Shown one piece after another: positions 49,769 through 58,839 of a stretch of 64,000 nt of DNA (the stretch's first letter is position 1; every line of letters starts with the position of its first letter). The notes under the pieces are model-generated. The model saw only the letters and a list, made by a program, of their open reading frames with translations, had not been told where the DNA came from and made no database searches. Origin of the DNA: a bacterium. GTDB lineage: Bacteria; JADJOY01. The stretch spans positions 1 through 64,000 of the forward strand of contig JAXLQJ010000025.1 of NCBI GenBank assembly GCA_046331705.1, written 5' to 3'. The position numbers and the translations under genes are program-made.

Positions 49769-51106
49769 ATGATGCGTCGGCTGGTCGTCCTCGCGGTCCT
49801 GGTGCTGTCGTGTGCATTCGCTCGAGCCCAAGCACGTGCCGAAGAACCGGTCGAGCCGACGCCGCGAGCCGATCTGGCGATCCCCGAAGCCGCGCGCCCC
49901 GGGCCCGGGTTCGACGTCGAGCGCGCCACCCAGGCGTACCTGGCCACGCTCCCCGCAGCGGACCGCGCCCGCTCCGACGCCTATTTCGAGGGCGGCTACT
50001 GGTTGCAGCTGTGGGGCTTTCTCTACGGCTTGGTCGTGGTGGCGCTGCTCCTCGAGCTTCGGCTTTCCGCGCGTTTGCGCGACCTCGGCGAGCGAGCCAC
50101 GCGCCGGTCGTTTCTCCAGGCGCTGCTCTACGGCGCCGCGATCGTGGTGCTCGCGAGCGTGCTGACGTTCCCGTGGAGCGTCTGGGTCGACTTCGTGCGC
50201 GAGCACCGCTACGGACTCTCGAACCTGTCGTTCGGCGCGTGGCTTGGCGAGCAGGCGAAGGGCCTCGGAGTCACGGTGCTGCTCGGCGCGCCCGCGATCG
50301 CCCTGGTTCATGCGGTGATCCGCCGCCGGCAGGGACGGTGGTGGATTCCCGCGGCGATGGTGGCCACGGGTGTGGTCGCGTTCGCCAGCCTCATCACCCC
50401 GGTGTTCCTGGCGCCGATCTTCAATCAGTACCGTCCGCTTCACCCCGGGCCGGTGCGCGACGCCATCGTGTCCATGGCGCGCGCCAATGGGCTCGCCGCC
50501 GAGGACGTCTTCTGGTTCGACGCCTCCAAGCAGACCAGCCGCATCAGCGCCAACGTGAGCGGGCTCTTCGGCACCACCCGCGTGAGCCTCAATGACAACC
50601 TGCTGCGCGAGACCTCGCTGCCCGAGATCGAGTCCGTGCTCGCTCACGAGCTCGGGCACGCGGTGCTCCATCACGTGTGGATCTTCCTGATCGAGATGGG
50701 GCTGGTCCTGGCGTTCGGCTTCGCGCTCGTCGAGCGTCTGCAGGGCGGCGCGTTGCGCTGGCGAGGCGCGCGCTGGGGCGTGCGCGGACCCGGCGACCTG
50801 GCGGGTCTGCCGCTCGTGTTCGCGCTGCTCTCGACGTGGTTCTTCGCGGCGACTCCCGTCACCAACTCGATCGTGCGCGTGCACGAGTCCGAGGCCGATC
50901 TCTTCGGGCTCAACGCCGCGCGCGAGCCGCACGCGTTCGCCACCATCTCCATGCGTCTTGCGAGCTACCGCAAGCTCGCTCCCTCACCACTCGAAGAAGC
51001 GATCTTCTACGACCACCCGAGCGGCGCCACCCGCGTGCGCATGTCCATGACCTGGCTTCGCGAGCACCCCGAGGCTGGAGTGGGCGGGCTGCGCTCGGCG
51101 CCCTGA
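49769..51106 (+). CDS. M48 (Ste24/HtpX-like) metallopeptidase
   Basis: ANVSGL, LAHELGH, ESEAD, YDHPS. Confidence 0.93.
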   Translation: MMRRLVVLAVLVLSCAFARAQARAEEPVEPTPRADLAIPEAARPGPGFDVERATQAYLATLPAADRARSDAYFEGGYWLQLWGFLYGLVVVALLLELRLSARLRDLGERATRRSFLQALLYGAAIVVLASVLTFPWSVWVDFVREHRYGLSNLSFGAWLGEQAKGLGVTVLLGAPAIALVHAVIRRRQGRWWIPAAMVATGVVAFASLITPVFLAPIFNQYRPLHPGPVRDAIVSMARANGLAAEDVFWFDASKQTSRISANVSGLFGTTRVSLNDNLLRETSLPEIESVLAHELGHAVLHHVWIFLIEMGLVLAFGFALVERLQGGALRWRGARWGVRGPGDLAGLPLVFALLSTWFFAATPVTNSIVRVHESEADLFGLNAAREPHAFATISMRLASYRKLAPSPLEEAIFYDHPSGATRVRMSMTWLREHPEAGVGGLRSAP

Positions 51107-51123
51107 GCCGCGATGTCGTGGGC

Positions 51124-51166
51124 TTGACCCCGGCGCACTTGCTGGGCACAATTCCGAATGCGATTC
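51124..51166 (+). promoter_or_regulatory. sigma70 promoter with adjacent palindrome (candidate TetR operator)
   Basis: TTGACC (51124), 17 bp spacer, CACAAT (51147); GAAT-GCG-ATTC (51156-51166). Confidence 0.55.
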
Positions 51167-51190
51167 TCATTTTCGTCTGGAGCCGATCCC

Positions 51191-51868
51191 GTGCCGAGCT
51201 TACGAGCCGTCGTCGTGCCCCGTGCTGCCGAGCCGCTCGGCACCGTCGTGGCACCCAAGCAAGCGCGCAGCGAGCGCACGCTGGAGCGGCTCTTGGCCGC
51301 GGCCGAGGCGCTGGTGATCGAGCACGGCATCACGGCGCTCTCGATACCCGAGGTGGCGCGGCGCGCGCGTTCGTCGGTGGGCGGCTTCTACGGCCGCTTT
51401 CGCGACAAGGACGAGTTGATCCGAGCGCTGGAGGAGCGCTTTCTGCGCCAGCTCGAGAGCGAGCTCGCCGAGTTCGTGGCGGCCGATCGCTGGGTGGGGG
51501 CGAGCCTCGCCGACATCGCCCACCACGCCATCGAGCGGGTGGTGGCGGTCTACAGCGCGCGTCACCGGCTCATCGCCGCGTTCATCGTGCGCGCCGCGCA
51601 GGATGCCGTGGTGTGGCAGGACGGGGAGCAGTTCCGGGCGCGAGTGGCCGAGCAGATCGCCGCCCTCGTGCTCACGCGCCGCCGTGAGATCCGTCATCCC
51701 GATCCCGAGCTGGCGGTCGATCTCGCCATCCAGCTGGTGTTCGGGCTCATGTTCCACAAGGTGGTGTTCGGCGAGGTGCGCGCCGGTGGGCGCGCCCTGG
51801 CCGATTCGGAGCTCGTTCGCGAGCTCGAACGCGGTTTTCTCGCTCAGCTCGGTGTGCGGCCACGCTGA
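51191..51868 (+). CDS. TetR/AcrR family transcriptional regulator; start approximate
   Basis: QARSERTLERLLAAA...SIPEVARRARSSVGGFYGRFRDKDEL. Confidence 0.92.
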   Translation: MPSLRAVVVPRAAEPLGTVVAPKQARSERTLERLLAAAEALVIEHGITALSIPEVARRARSSVGGFYGRFRDKDELIRALEERFLRQLESELAEFVAADRWVGASLADIAHHAIERVVAVYSARHRLIAAFIVRAAQDAVVWQDGEQFRARVAEQIAALVLTRRREIRHPDPELAVDLAIQLVFGLMFHKVVFGEVRAGGRALADSELVRELERGFLAQLGVRPR

Positions 51869-51917
51869 CGCCGCGCGGAGGACGAACGTGCAATACACGC
51901 AACGCAATCCCGTTCCC

Positions 51918-53000
51918 ATGCCCGATGGTGGTCCGTTCCGCTCGGTGCGCTCCACGATCGACACGATCTTCGACTGGCAGTACGCCCTCGACGAGCGAAA
52001 GCTCATGGCGCTCTACGAGAAGGGCACGCGCTTGCAGTGGCGCGCCGAGGACCTCGACTGGTCGACCGACGTCGACATCGAGCGGATGGCCCGCGAGAAC
52101 GACACCGCGTCCTTCATGAATGACGTCATGAAGACGCCCAAGCGCCTGTCGATGGACGACGCGGTCGCGTTCCGCCTCCACTCGGTGGCGTTCATGCTCA
52201 GCCAGTTCCTGCACGGCGAGCAGGGGGCGCTCATCGCGTCGGCGCGAATCGTCCAGTCGGTGCCGTGGGAGGAAGCGAAGTTCTACGCCGCCAATCAGGT
52301 GGCGGACGAGGCCCGCCACGTCGAGGTCTACCACCGCTACCTCACCGAGAAGCTCGAGGTGAGCTACCCGGTCCACCCTCAGCTCCAGACGCTGTTGGAC
52401 CAGATCGTCGAGGACTCGCGCTGGGACATCACGTATCTCGGCATGCAGATCCTGGTGGAGGGCTTGGCGCTCGCGGCCTTCGGCACGATGCGCATCACGA
52501 TGCCGAACGAGCCGCTGCTGCTGGACATCACCGATCGCATCATGGCGGACGAGGCCCGTCACGTGGCGTTCGGCGTGCTCTCGCTCCAGAAGCTCTACGA
52601 AGGCGAGTTCAGCGCCGCCGAGCGTCGCGAGCGCGAGGAGTTCGTGATCGAGGCGATTCATCTGCTCCACGGCCGACTGCTCATGGATCCGGTCTTCGAG
52701 CGCCTGGGTTACGACGTGCCGATGTGGAGCGCCTGGAATCAGCAGAATGCCTTCCAGAAGGGCTTCCGGCAGATGATGTTCCAGAAGATCGTGCCGAATC
52801 TGCGGCGCCTGGGTCTCTTGAGCGGGGCCGTGCGCGATGCGTTGGCGAAGCTCGACTTGCTGCACTTCGCCGACGGCAAGGACTCCGTGGAGGAACCCGG
52901 GATCGCGCCCCCCGAGGAGCTGATCGCGCTCATGAACGATTACCTCGGCACGGGCGGCGACGGCCAGAATCCCGACGGCAGCCTCCACATCGTGCCGTGA
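51918..53000 (+). CDS. ferritin-like diiron protein (AurF/oxygenase-like)
   Basis: QFLHGEQGA, DEARHVE, QILVEGLA, DEARHVAFG. Confidence 0.88.
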   Translation: MPDGGPFRSVRSTIDTIFDWQYALDERKLMALYEKGTRLQWRAEDLDWSTDVDIERMARENDTASFMNDVMKTPKRLSMDDAVAFRLHSVAFMLSQFLHGEQGALIASARIVQSVPWEEAKFYAANQVADEARHVEVYHRYLTEKLEVSYPVHPQLQTLLDQIVEDSRWDITYLGMQILVEGLALAAFGTMRITMPNEPLLLDITDRIMADEARHVAFGVLSLQKLYEGEFSAAERREREEFVIEAIHLLHGRLLMDPVFERLGYDVPMWSAWNQQNAFQKGFRQMMFQKIVPNLRRLGLLSGAVRDALAKLDLLHFADGKDSVEEPGIAPPEELIALMNDYLGTGGDGQNPDGSLHIVP

Positions 53001-53060
53001 CCTCCACCGCGCTCGCCTGAGGCGCGCTCGGTCAGCCAGCGAGGCGCGAGTACTCGCTCG

Positions 53061-53333
53061 TCAGCCCAGCTCACGGGCGAGGCGCGCGGCGAGTCGTTGG
53101 CTCACGGCCGGGTCGAGCGGCTCGGGCTCGGCCAGCTCACGCTTGAGCGCTCCCACCACCGCCGCGAAGCGCTCGCCGAAGCGCTCGCACCATTCGCAGC
53201 CGCGAACGTGCGCCTCGAGGCGTTGGGACTGGTCGAGCGGAAGCTCCCGGTCGAGGTAGCGGCTCAGGTTGGCGAGCACGTCGGAGCAGGCGAGCCCGGC
53301 GACGATGCGTTCGGGGGAAGGGGCGGGCTTCAC
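53061..53333 (-). CDS. zinc-binding anti-sigma factor (zf-HC2)
   Basis: LSRYLDREL...HVRGCEWC (HxxxCxxC); GTG start overlaps the sigma factor stop. Confidence 0.88.
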   Translation of the reverse strand: MKPAPSPERIVAGLACSDVLANLSRYLDRELPLDQSQRLEAHVRGCEWCERFGERFAAVVGALKRELAEPEPLDPAVSQRLAARLARELG

Positions 53334-53929
53334 GAGTCGTCTCCCAGACCGGGTTGGCGCAGTGCCGCCGCCAACCGAAGGCGGGCGCGGTGCAACCGGC
53401 TCTTCATGGCGGCGAGGCCGAGGCCCAAGGCCTCGGCGGTCTCCTCGCCGCTCAGATCCTCGAGTTCGCGCAGCACCAGGATTTCTCGGTCTTCGGCCGT
53501 GAGCGAGGCCAGCGCACGGGCGAGCGCCGCCCGGCGCTCGGCGCCGAGCACGAGGGTTTCGGGATCGTCGCTGGCGAATCCCGCGGCCCGCCCCGCGGTT
53601 GCCCAGCTCGCGTGATCGTCCGCGTCGGTGATCGGCTCCGGCAGCGCCGCGGCGCGACGCTTCCACGCCTCGCGTCGCGTGATCACGAAGAGCCATGAAC
53701 GAACCGTGGCTCGTCCCGCGAAGGTGTGGGCGCCGTGGTACGCGGCCAGAAAGGCGTCTTGTAGCGCGTCCTCGGCATCGCTCGCCGAATGGCTGGCGGC
53801 GCGCGCGAACCGATACACCGCCGCACGGTGCCGGACGACGAAGTCGTCGAAGGCCGCGCGGTCACCGGCGGCCGTGCGGCGCAGCAACTCGGCGTCGTCC
53901 GGCGTTTCGCTCAGCGCGGTAGCGGGCAC
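53330..53929 (-). CDS. ECF (sigma-70 family) RNA polymerase sigma factor; start approximate
   Basis: GDRAAFDDFV, DAEDALQDAF, VRSWLF, MKSRLHRAR. Confidence 0.92.
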   Translation of the reverse strand: MPATALSETPDDAELLRRTAAGDRAAFDDFVVRHRAAVYRFARAASHSASDAEDALQDAFLAAYHGAHTFAGRATVRSWLFVITRREAWKRRAAALPEPITDADDHASWATAGRAAGFASDDPETLVLGAERRAALARALASLTAEDREILVLRELEDLSGEETAEALGLGLAAMKSRLHRARLRLAAALRQPGLGDDS

Positions 53930-54111
53930 GTCGAGATCCCGAAGATCCTGTAGAGCGGGCAGCTTCCCACGAGCCCGGTCGCGAGTGGAATCACTCCGAT
54001 CCACCCGAAGGCCGTGTGTGGACCCACGAACACCAGGCTCACGAGCGCCAGGCCCGCCAACACGCGTAGGGCGCGATCGATGGGATGCTCGTTCTTCGGC
54101 AAGAGTGACAT
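53911..54111 (-). CDS. DUF2892/YgaP-like small membrane protein
   Basis: KNEHPIDRALRV...LATGLVGSCPLYRIFGISTCP; RBS GAGGAG. Confidence 0.88.
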   Translation of the reverse strand: MSLLPKNEHPIDRALRVLAGLALVSLVFVGPHTAFGWIGVIPLATGLVGSCPLYRIFGISTCPLPR

Positions 54112-54267
54112 GTGCAGCTCCTCTCCGCGGACCGCCCTCGTGCCTTGCGCCCGAGGTGTCGGTCCCGATCGTTTCCCCATGAGAGGGCGGCCCGCTGGAA
54201 AAGGATTCACGATCCGTGGCCCACGGCGATCGGTTCGCGGTTACGCTCGATCGCGGAGGATTCGGCG

Positions 54268-55227
54268 ATGCGGCGGATGATCGTGTGGGGCGGAAACCTC
54301 GTGGTCGCGCTGGCGCTGGCGACGCTTCCGTTGGCGCGGGCGCAGGCGGCGGATGCGTTCGACGCGCGCTGGCGCGATGGTCGCGCCGAGATCGACGGCT
54401 ATCGCCTCACGGTGGATCGTTACGGAGCGCCACGGGTGGGGCGCGCCGTGGCGATCTACGTGACCGAGCCGTTCAGCCGCTCGAAGCACGTGAAGCTCGA
54501 CGACGCTGCCGCCGCGAAGCCGGACGACCTCCTCGACGTGCTCAAGCTCAACCTCGTGCGCAGCTTCCAGACGGGAATCTACGACTACCACACCATGCTT
54601 TCCCTGTTCGTGACGGCCCACGACTTCGCGCCCGTGAAGGTCGCGTTCTCGAGCAGCGAATGGTGCGGCCAGGTCTACGAGCAGCTCGACTTCGCGGGCG
54701 ATCGGGTCGCGGTCGAGTACAAGAGCTACTTCGAGGGCGAGTCGAACGACCAGACGCTGCCGGTTCCCGCTGGCGCGCTGACCGAGGACGATCTCTTCGT
54801 GAGGCTGCGCGGGCTGCGCGGCGCGTATCTGGAGCCGGGCGCCGCGCGCACGGTTCCGTTCCTCGCGAGCCCGTTCATCCGCCGCCTCGCGCACCGAGCG
54901 CTCGCGTTCGGCACCGCCACGATCGAGCGCTCACCCGAAGCCGAATCGGTCACCGTGCCGGCGGGCAAGCTCGTCGCGGACGTCTACACGGTGAAGGTCT
55001 CCGACGGGCGCGTGGGCCGCTTTCACGTCGAGCGCGACGAGCCGCACCGAATCGTGCGCTGGGCCTGGACCGTGACGCCGGATGCGTCTCCAGGCGCGCA
55101 CCCGCTGGGCGGCACCGATGCTGGCGAGCTCACCGGCACGTCGCGCGAGCCGTACTGGCGCGAGCATGCACCCGGCGACGAGCGGCTCCTGGAACGCATC
55201 GGTCTGGCGCCCGCCGTGGTGCCCTGA
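54268..55227 (+). CDS. secreted hypothetical protein
   Basis: Signal peptide ending AQA; WRDGRAEI, YVTEPF, VLKLN...FQTGIYDY, SEWCGQ. Confidence 0.8.
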   Translation: MRRMIVWGGNLVVALALATLPLARAQAADAFDARWRDGRAEIDGYRLTVDRYGAPRVGRAVAIYVTEPFSRSKHVKLDDAAAAKPDDLLDVLKLNLVRSFQTGIYDYHTMLSLFVTAHDFAPVKVAFSSSEWCGQVYEQLDFAGDRVAVEYKSYFEGESNDQTLPVPAGALTEDDLFVRLRGLRGAYLEPGAARTVPFLASPFIRRLAHRALAFGTATIERSPEAESVTVPAGKLVADVYTVKVSDGRVGRFHVERDEPHRIVRWAWTVTPDASPGAHPLGGTDAGELTGTSREPYWREHAPGDERLLERIGLAPAVVP

Positions 55228-55326
55228 CCGCCGCGGGCTCGCGCGGCGCACCCCTATCCCCGCGCGTGCGTATTGCGCTTACCCTTCGACGTCGAAGGGC
55301 ACGCCAACTCGCAGCCGGAGGTCGCC

Positions 55327-56622
55327 ATGGACATCGGCAAGCTCGTCGCTCGCGCCAAGAACATCACGCTCTCGCCGGAGACCGAATGGCCCGTGATCGC
55401 CGCGGAGCCCGCCACGATCGGGGGGCTCTACGCGGGGTACGTGGCGGTGCTCGCCGCGATCGGTCCGGTCGCCGGGCTCGTGGGGACGGCGCTCTGGGGC
55501 GTGCGCGTGCCGCTCCTGGGGACGGTGCGCCCGCCGGTCACGACCCTGGTGGCGCAGCTGATCGGCACGTATCTGCTGGCGCTCGCCATGACCTACGTCG
55601 TTTCCTGGCTCGTCAACCAGTTCGCACCGAAATACGGCGGCCAGAAGGACTCGGTGCAGGCCTTCAAGACCGCGGCCTACTGCTTCACTCCGGTCTGGGT
55701 CGTCGGCGCGCTGCGCATCCTGCCGGGACTGGGCTTCCTCGCCTTCGCGGCAGCGATCGTGGCGGCGGTGTACGCGTTTCGCATCCTCCGGCTCGGCCTG
55801 CAGCACACGATGAAGGCCGACGCGGCGCGCGCCGGCAGCTACGCGGGCTTGGTGGTGGTCGCGGCGATCGCCATCGACATCGCGCTCAGCCTGATGGTGG
55901 GAGGCGCGACGTTCGCGAAGCGCGCCTTCACCGAGCCTTCGCGCGGCACGACGGAGTCCGAGGAAGCGGCACCGAGCGCGGATTCCGCGCGCTCGGAGCA
56001 CGCCGACCCAGCGAGCCCGCTCGGCAAGCTCGAGGCCTGGAGCCAGAAGATGGAGAAGGCCGGGAAGAGAATGGAGGCGGCGGAGAAAGCCGGCGACACC
56101 GAGGCGCAGACGAAGGCGCTCGGCGAGGTCATGGGGGCGCTCCTCGGCGGTGGCGATCAAGTCGAGGCCCTCGCTGCCGACAAGATCAAGACGTTCCTCC
56201 CCGAGACGCTCGCGGGCCGCGCGCGCAAGGAGTTTTCCGCCGAGCGCAACGCTGCGATGGGGATCCAGATCGCGGAGGCCAAGGCCAGCTACGCCAACGA
56301 CGAGGGCGAGACGTGGCAGCTCCAGATCACCGACACCGGCAGCACCAAGGGCATCATGATGTTCGCCGGCTGGGCGATGCTGCAGCAGGAGCGCCAGACG
56401 GATCGCGGATACGAGAAGAGCTACAAGTCGGACGGCCGGCTGATCCACGAGAAATGGGACACCGAGAGCCACGACGGCGAGTACGCCGTGGTGGTGGCGA
56501 ACCGTTTCGTGGTCACCGTGTCCGGCACGGCGCCGAGCATCGACGCGCTCAAGGAAGCCGTCGGCGGCGTCGACCTGAACGGCCTCGAAGCGCTCAAGGA
56601 CGAGGGCGTGAAGAAGGGCTGA
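55327..56622 (+). CDS. Yip1 domain membrane protein with large soluble C-terminal domain
   Basis: RAKNITLSPETEWPVI, FAPKYGG, AYCFTPVWV; RBS GGAGG. Confidence 0.85.
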   Translation: MDIGKLVARAKNITLSPETEWPVIAAEPATIGGLYAGYVAVLAAIGPVAGLVGTALWGVRVPLLGTVRPPVTTLVAQLIGTYLLALAMTYVVSWLVNQFAPKYGGQKDSVQAFKTAAYCFTPVWVVGALRILPGLGFLAFAAAIVAAVYAFRILRLGLQHTMKADAARAGSYAGLVVVAAIAIDIALSLMVGGATFAKRAFTEPSRGTTESEEAAPSADSARSEHADPASPLGKLEAWSQKMEKAGKRMEAAEKAGDTEAQTKALGEVMGALLGGGDQVEALAADKIKTFLPETLAGRARKEFSAERNAAMGIQIAEAKASYANDEGETWQLQITDTGSTKGIMMFAGWAMLQQERQTDRGYEKSYKSDGRLIHEKWDTESHDGEYAVVVANRFVVTVSGTAPSIDALKEAVGGVDLNGLEALKDEGVKKG

Positions 56623-56670
56623 CGCCCGCGCGAGCACGCTCCGCCGCCGGCGCATCGCTGATCGGATCGA

Positions 56671-58785
56671 TCAGGGTGCGAGCGGTGCGAGGCGGGGGTC
56701 GGCGTTCACCCGATCGCGTAGCGCAGGCGCCGCCACGAGCGCGCGGCGCACTGCCTGCGCTGCGTCGTCACGAGCGCCTGCATCGAGCGCGAGCAGCGCC
56801 AGATTGAGCTGCGCTTCTGCGTAACCCGGTTGGGCCGGCGCCACTTTCTCGAGCCACGTACGCCCCTCGTCGCGGCGCCCCAGCTGGAGAAGCAGCGTGC
56901 CGAGCGTGGCGGCGTGCGCGAATTGCTCGGCAGGTCCGAGGCCCGCGGCGCGCAGCCAATGCTCTGCCGCGGCGGTGTTTCTTCCGAGCCTTTGCTCGAC
57001 CTGCGCCAGGCGAATCCAGTGCTCGGCGCGGGTGGGCTCGATCTCGCTCGCGTGATCGAGTGCCGTGGCCGCGGCTTCGAGGTGACCCTGGCGCGCCTCC
57101 GCGACTGCGAGCTGGGCCCACGCCTCGACCCGCCGCGGCGAGTGATCGAGCACGACTCGCCATTGTGCTGCGGCATCGTCGTAGCGATTCGCTTGCATCC
57201 ACACCCGCGCGAGCTGGATGCGGGGTTCGTCGTCGCCCGAGTCGAGTGCTCGCGTGAGCCGTTTCGTGGATTCCTCGGTGCGTCCGAGTCGTGCCAGGGC
57301 CAACGCCGAGCGGGTGAGCGCGAACGGGTTGTTCGGCTCCTCCGTCAGCACCGAGTCGAAGCCTTCCAGGGCGCGCTCGGGCCGGTTGCTCAGGAGGTGC
57401 CCCTCGGCTTCTTGCAGGCGCGAGCGCATCGCCAGTCGGTCCTTGGGATCGGCGAGCGTTGCCGTGGACCGTGGCACGGTTCGCGAGCTGCCTGCGTCCG
57501 CGTAGCCCAATGCCCGGAGCTTCTCGATCGCTTGCTCGTCCAGGGCTGCGCTTCGGGGGTTGGCAGGCGCTGGCAGCGTCGCGATCCGCGCCAGCTCGGC
57601 GCGAAGCTTCGCGGTGCGCTCTGGCTCGGTGGCGAGCACGTCGTGCCGCTCACCGGGATCGGCAGCGAGATCGTAGAGCTCGGCGCGGGGAGCCTCGATG
57701 AGCTTCCAGCCATCGCCGCGAATCGCCCGGAGCGGCGCCCACCCGAAGAGCCGAAACGGCAGCTCCGTCTCGACGTACGCCATGCGCGCACCGAGACCGC
57801 GTCCTTCGAGCCCTGGGCGGAGGCTCGCTCCGTCGATGCCGTCGCGCGGCGCCAGCCCGAGCAAGTCCAAGATCGTCGGCGCGACATCGACGAGCCGACT
57901 GCCTCGCCCCAGCGCACGGGGCTCGACGTGACCCGGCCAGTGCATCACCAGCGGCACCAACGCGGTGGTGTCGTAGACGAAGTAACCGTGGGTGAGCTCG
58001 TCGTGCTCGCCGAGGCTTTCGCCGTGATCGCCGACCACGATCGCAAGCCGCGTCCCGGCTGCGCGTGAGTCGACGCCGGCCAGGAGTTCGCCGAGGCAGG
58101 CGTCGGCACGTTCGACCTCGCTCAGGTAGTCGTCCGCGGCGCGCTCGGGGCGCGGTCCAGGCATGGGTTCGTAGGGTGCGTGCGGCTCGTAGTAATGGAC
58201 CCAGGCGAACCAAGGGCGGTTGGCGCTCGTCACCCACGCCAGCGCGGCATCGTTGGTCGCGCCGCAGCGGCGCTCGGTCTCGCGCCCGGGATCCCCCGGC
58301 AACGCGTCGTCGTAAACGTCGAAGCCGCGATCCAGGCCGAAATCGCGAACCAGCGGAAACGCCCCGACGAAGGCACCGGTGCGGTAACCGGCGCCGCGGA
58401 GCCACTCTGCAAGCGAGGTGACGCTTGCGGCGATTGGCTGGCCATTGCCGTGCGAGCCGTGCCGCGCGGGAAGCAACCCCGTGAGCAGCGACGCGTGCGC
58501 CGGCAGGGTGAGCGGCAGGGGCGTCACGGTGTCGCGAGCTCGCGCGCCGCTCGCGGCGAGCGCGTCGATGTGCGGGGTGACGGCGCGGCCACCGGTCCAG
58601 CCGAGCGCATCCGCCCGCAGCGTATCGATCGTGACCAGGAGGACGTCGGCGCGCGTAGCGTCGGAACCAGGCACGGCGCTTGCTGCGCTCGCGCTGGGAC
58701 CGCCGGCGACGATCGCCCATGCGCCGAAGACGCGCAAAATGGCCGGTAGCCATCTCGATTTCTCGACCAACTCTGCCCGGATCAT
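56671..58785 (-). CDS. sulfatase-like hydrolase with C-terminal TPR repeats; start approximate
   Basis: VLLVTIDTLRAD, LTLPAHASLLTG, EPHAPY, GDHGE, LRALGY followed by TPR-like helices. Confidence 0.9.
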   Translation of the reverse strand: MIRAELVEKSRWLPAILRVFGAWAIVAGGPSASAASAVPGSDATRADVLLVTIDTLRADALGWTGGRAVTPHIDALAASGARARDTVTPLPLTLPAHASLLTGLLPARHGSHGNGQPIAASVTSLAEWLRGAGYRTGAFVGAFPLVRDFGLDRGFDVYDDALPGDPGRETERRCGATNDAALAWVTSANRPWFAWVHYYEPHAPYEPMPGPRPERAADDYLSEVERADACLGELLAGVDSRAAGTRLAIVVGDHGESLGEHDELTHGYFVYDTTALVPLVMHWPGHVEPRALGRGSRLVDVAPTILDLLGLAPRDGIDGASLRPGLEGRGLGARMAYVETELPFRLFGWAPLRAIRGDGWKLIEAPRAELYDLAADPGERHDVLATEPERTAKLRAELARIATLPAPANPRSAALDEQAIEKLRALGYADAGSSRTVPRSTATLADPKDRLAMRSRLQEAEGHLLSNRPERALEGFDSVLTEEPNNPFALTRSALALARLGRTEESTKRLTRALDSGDDEPRIQLARVWMQANRYDDAAAQWRVVLDHSPRRVEAWAQLAVAEARQGHLEAAATALDHASEIEPTRAEHWIRLAQVEQRLGRNTAAAEHWLRAAGLGPAEQFAHAATLGTLLLQLGRRDEGRTWLEKVAPAQPGYAEAQLNLALLALDAGARDDAAQAVRRALVAAPALRDRVNADPRLAPLAP

Positions 58786-58839
58786 GGTCGCAATGTGGCG
58801 ATTTGCGGTCTGGGCGCTCGCGCAGATGGGGGAGGAAGA

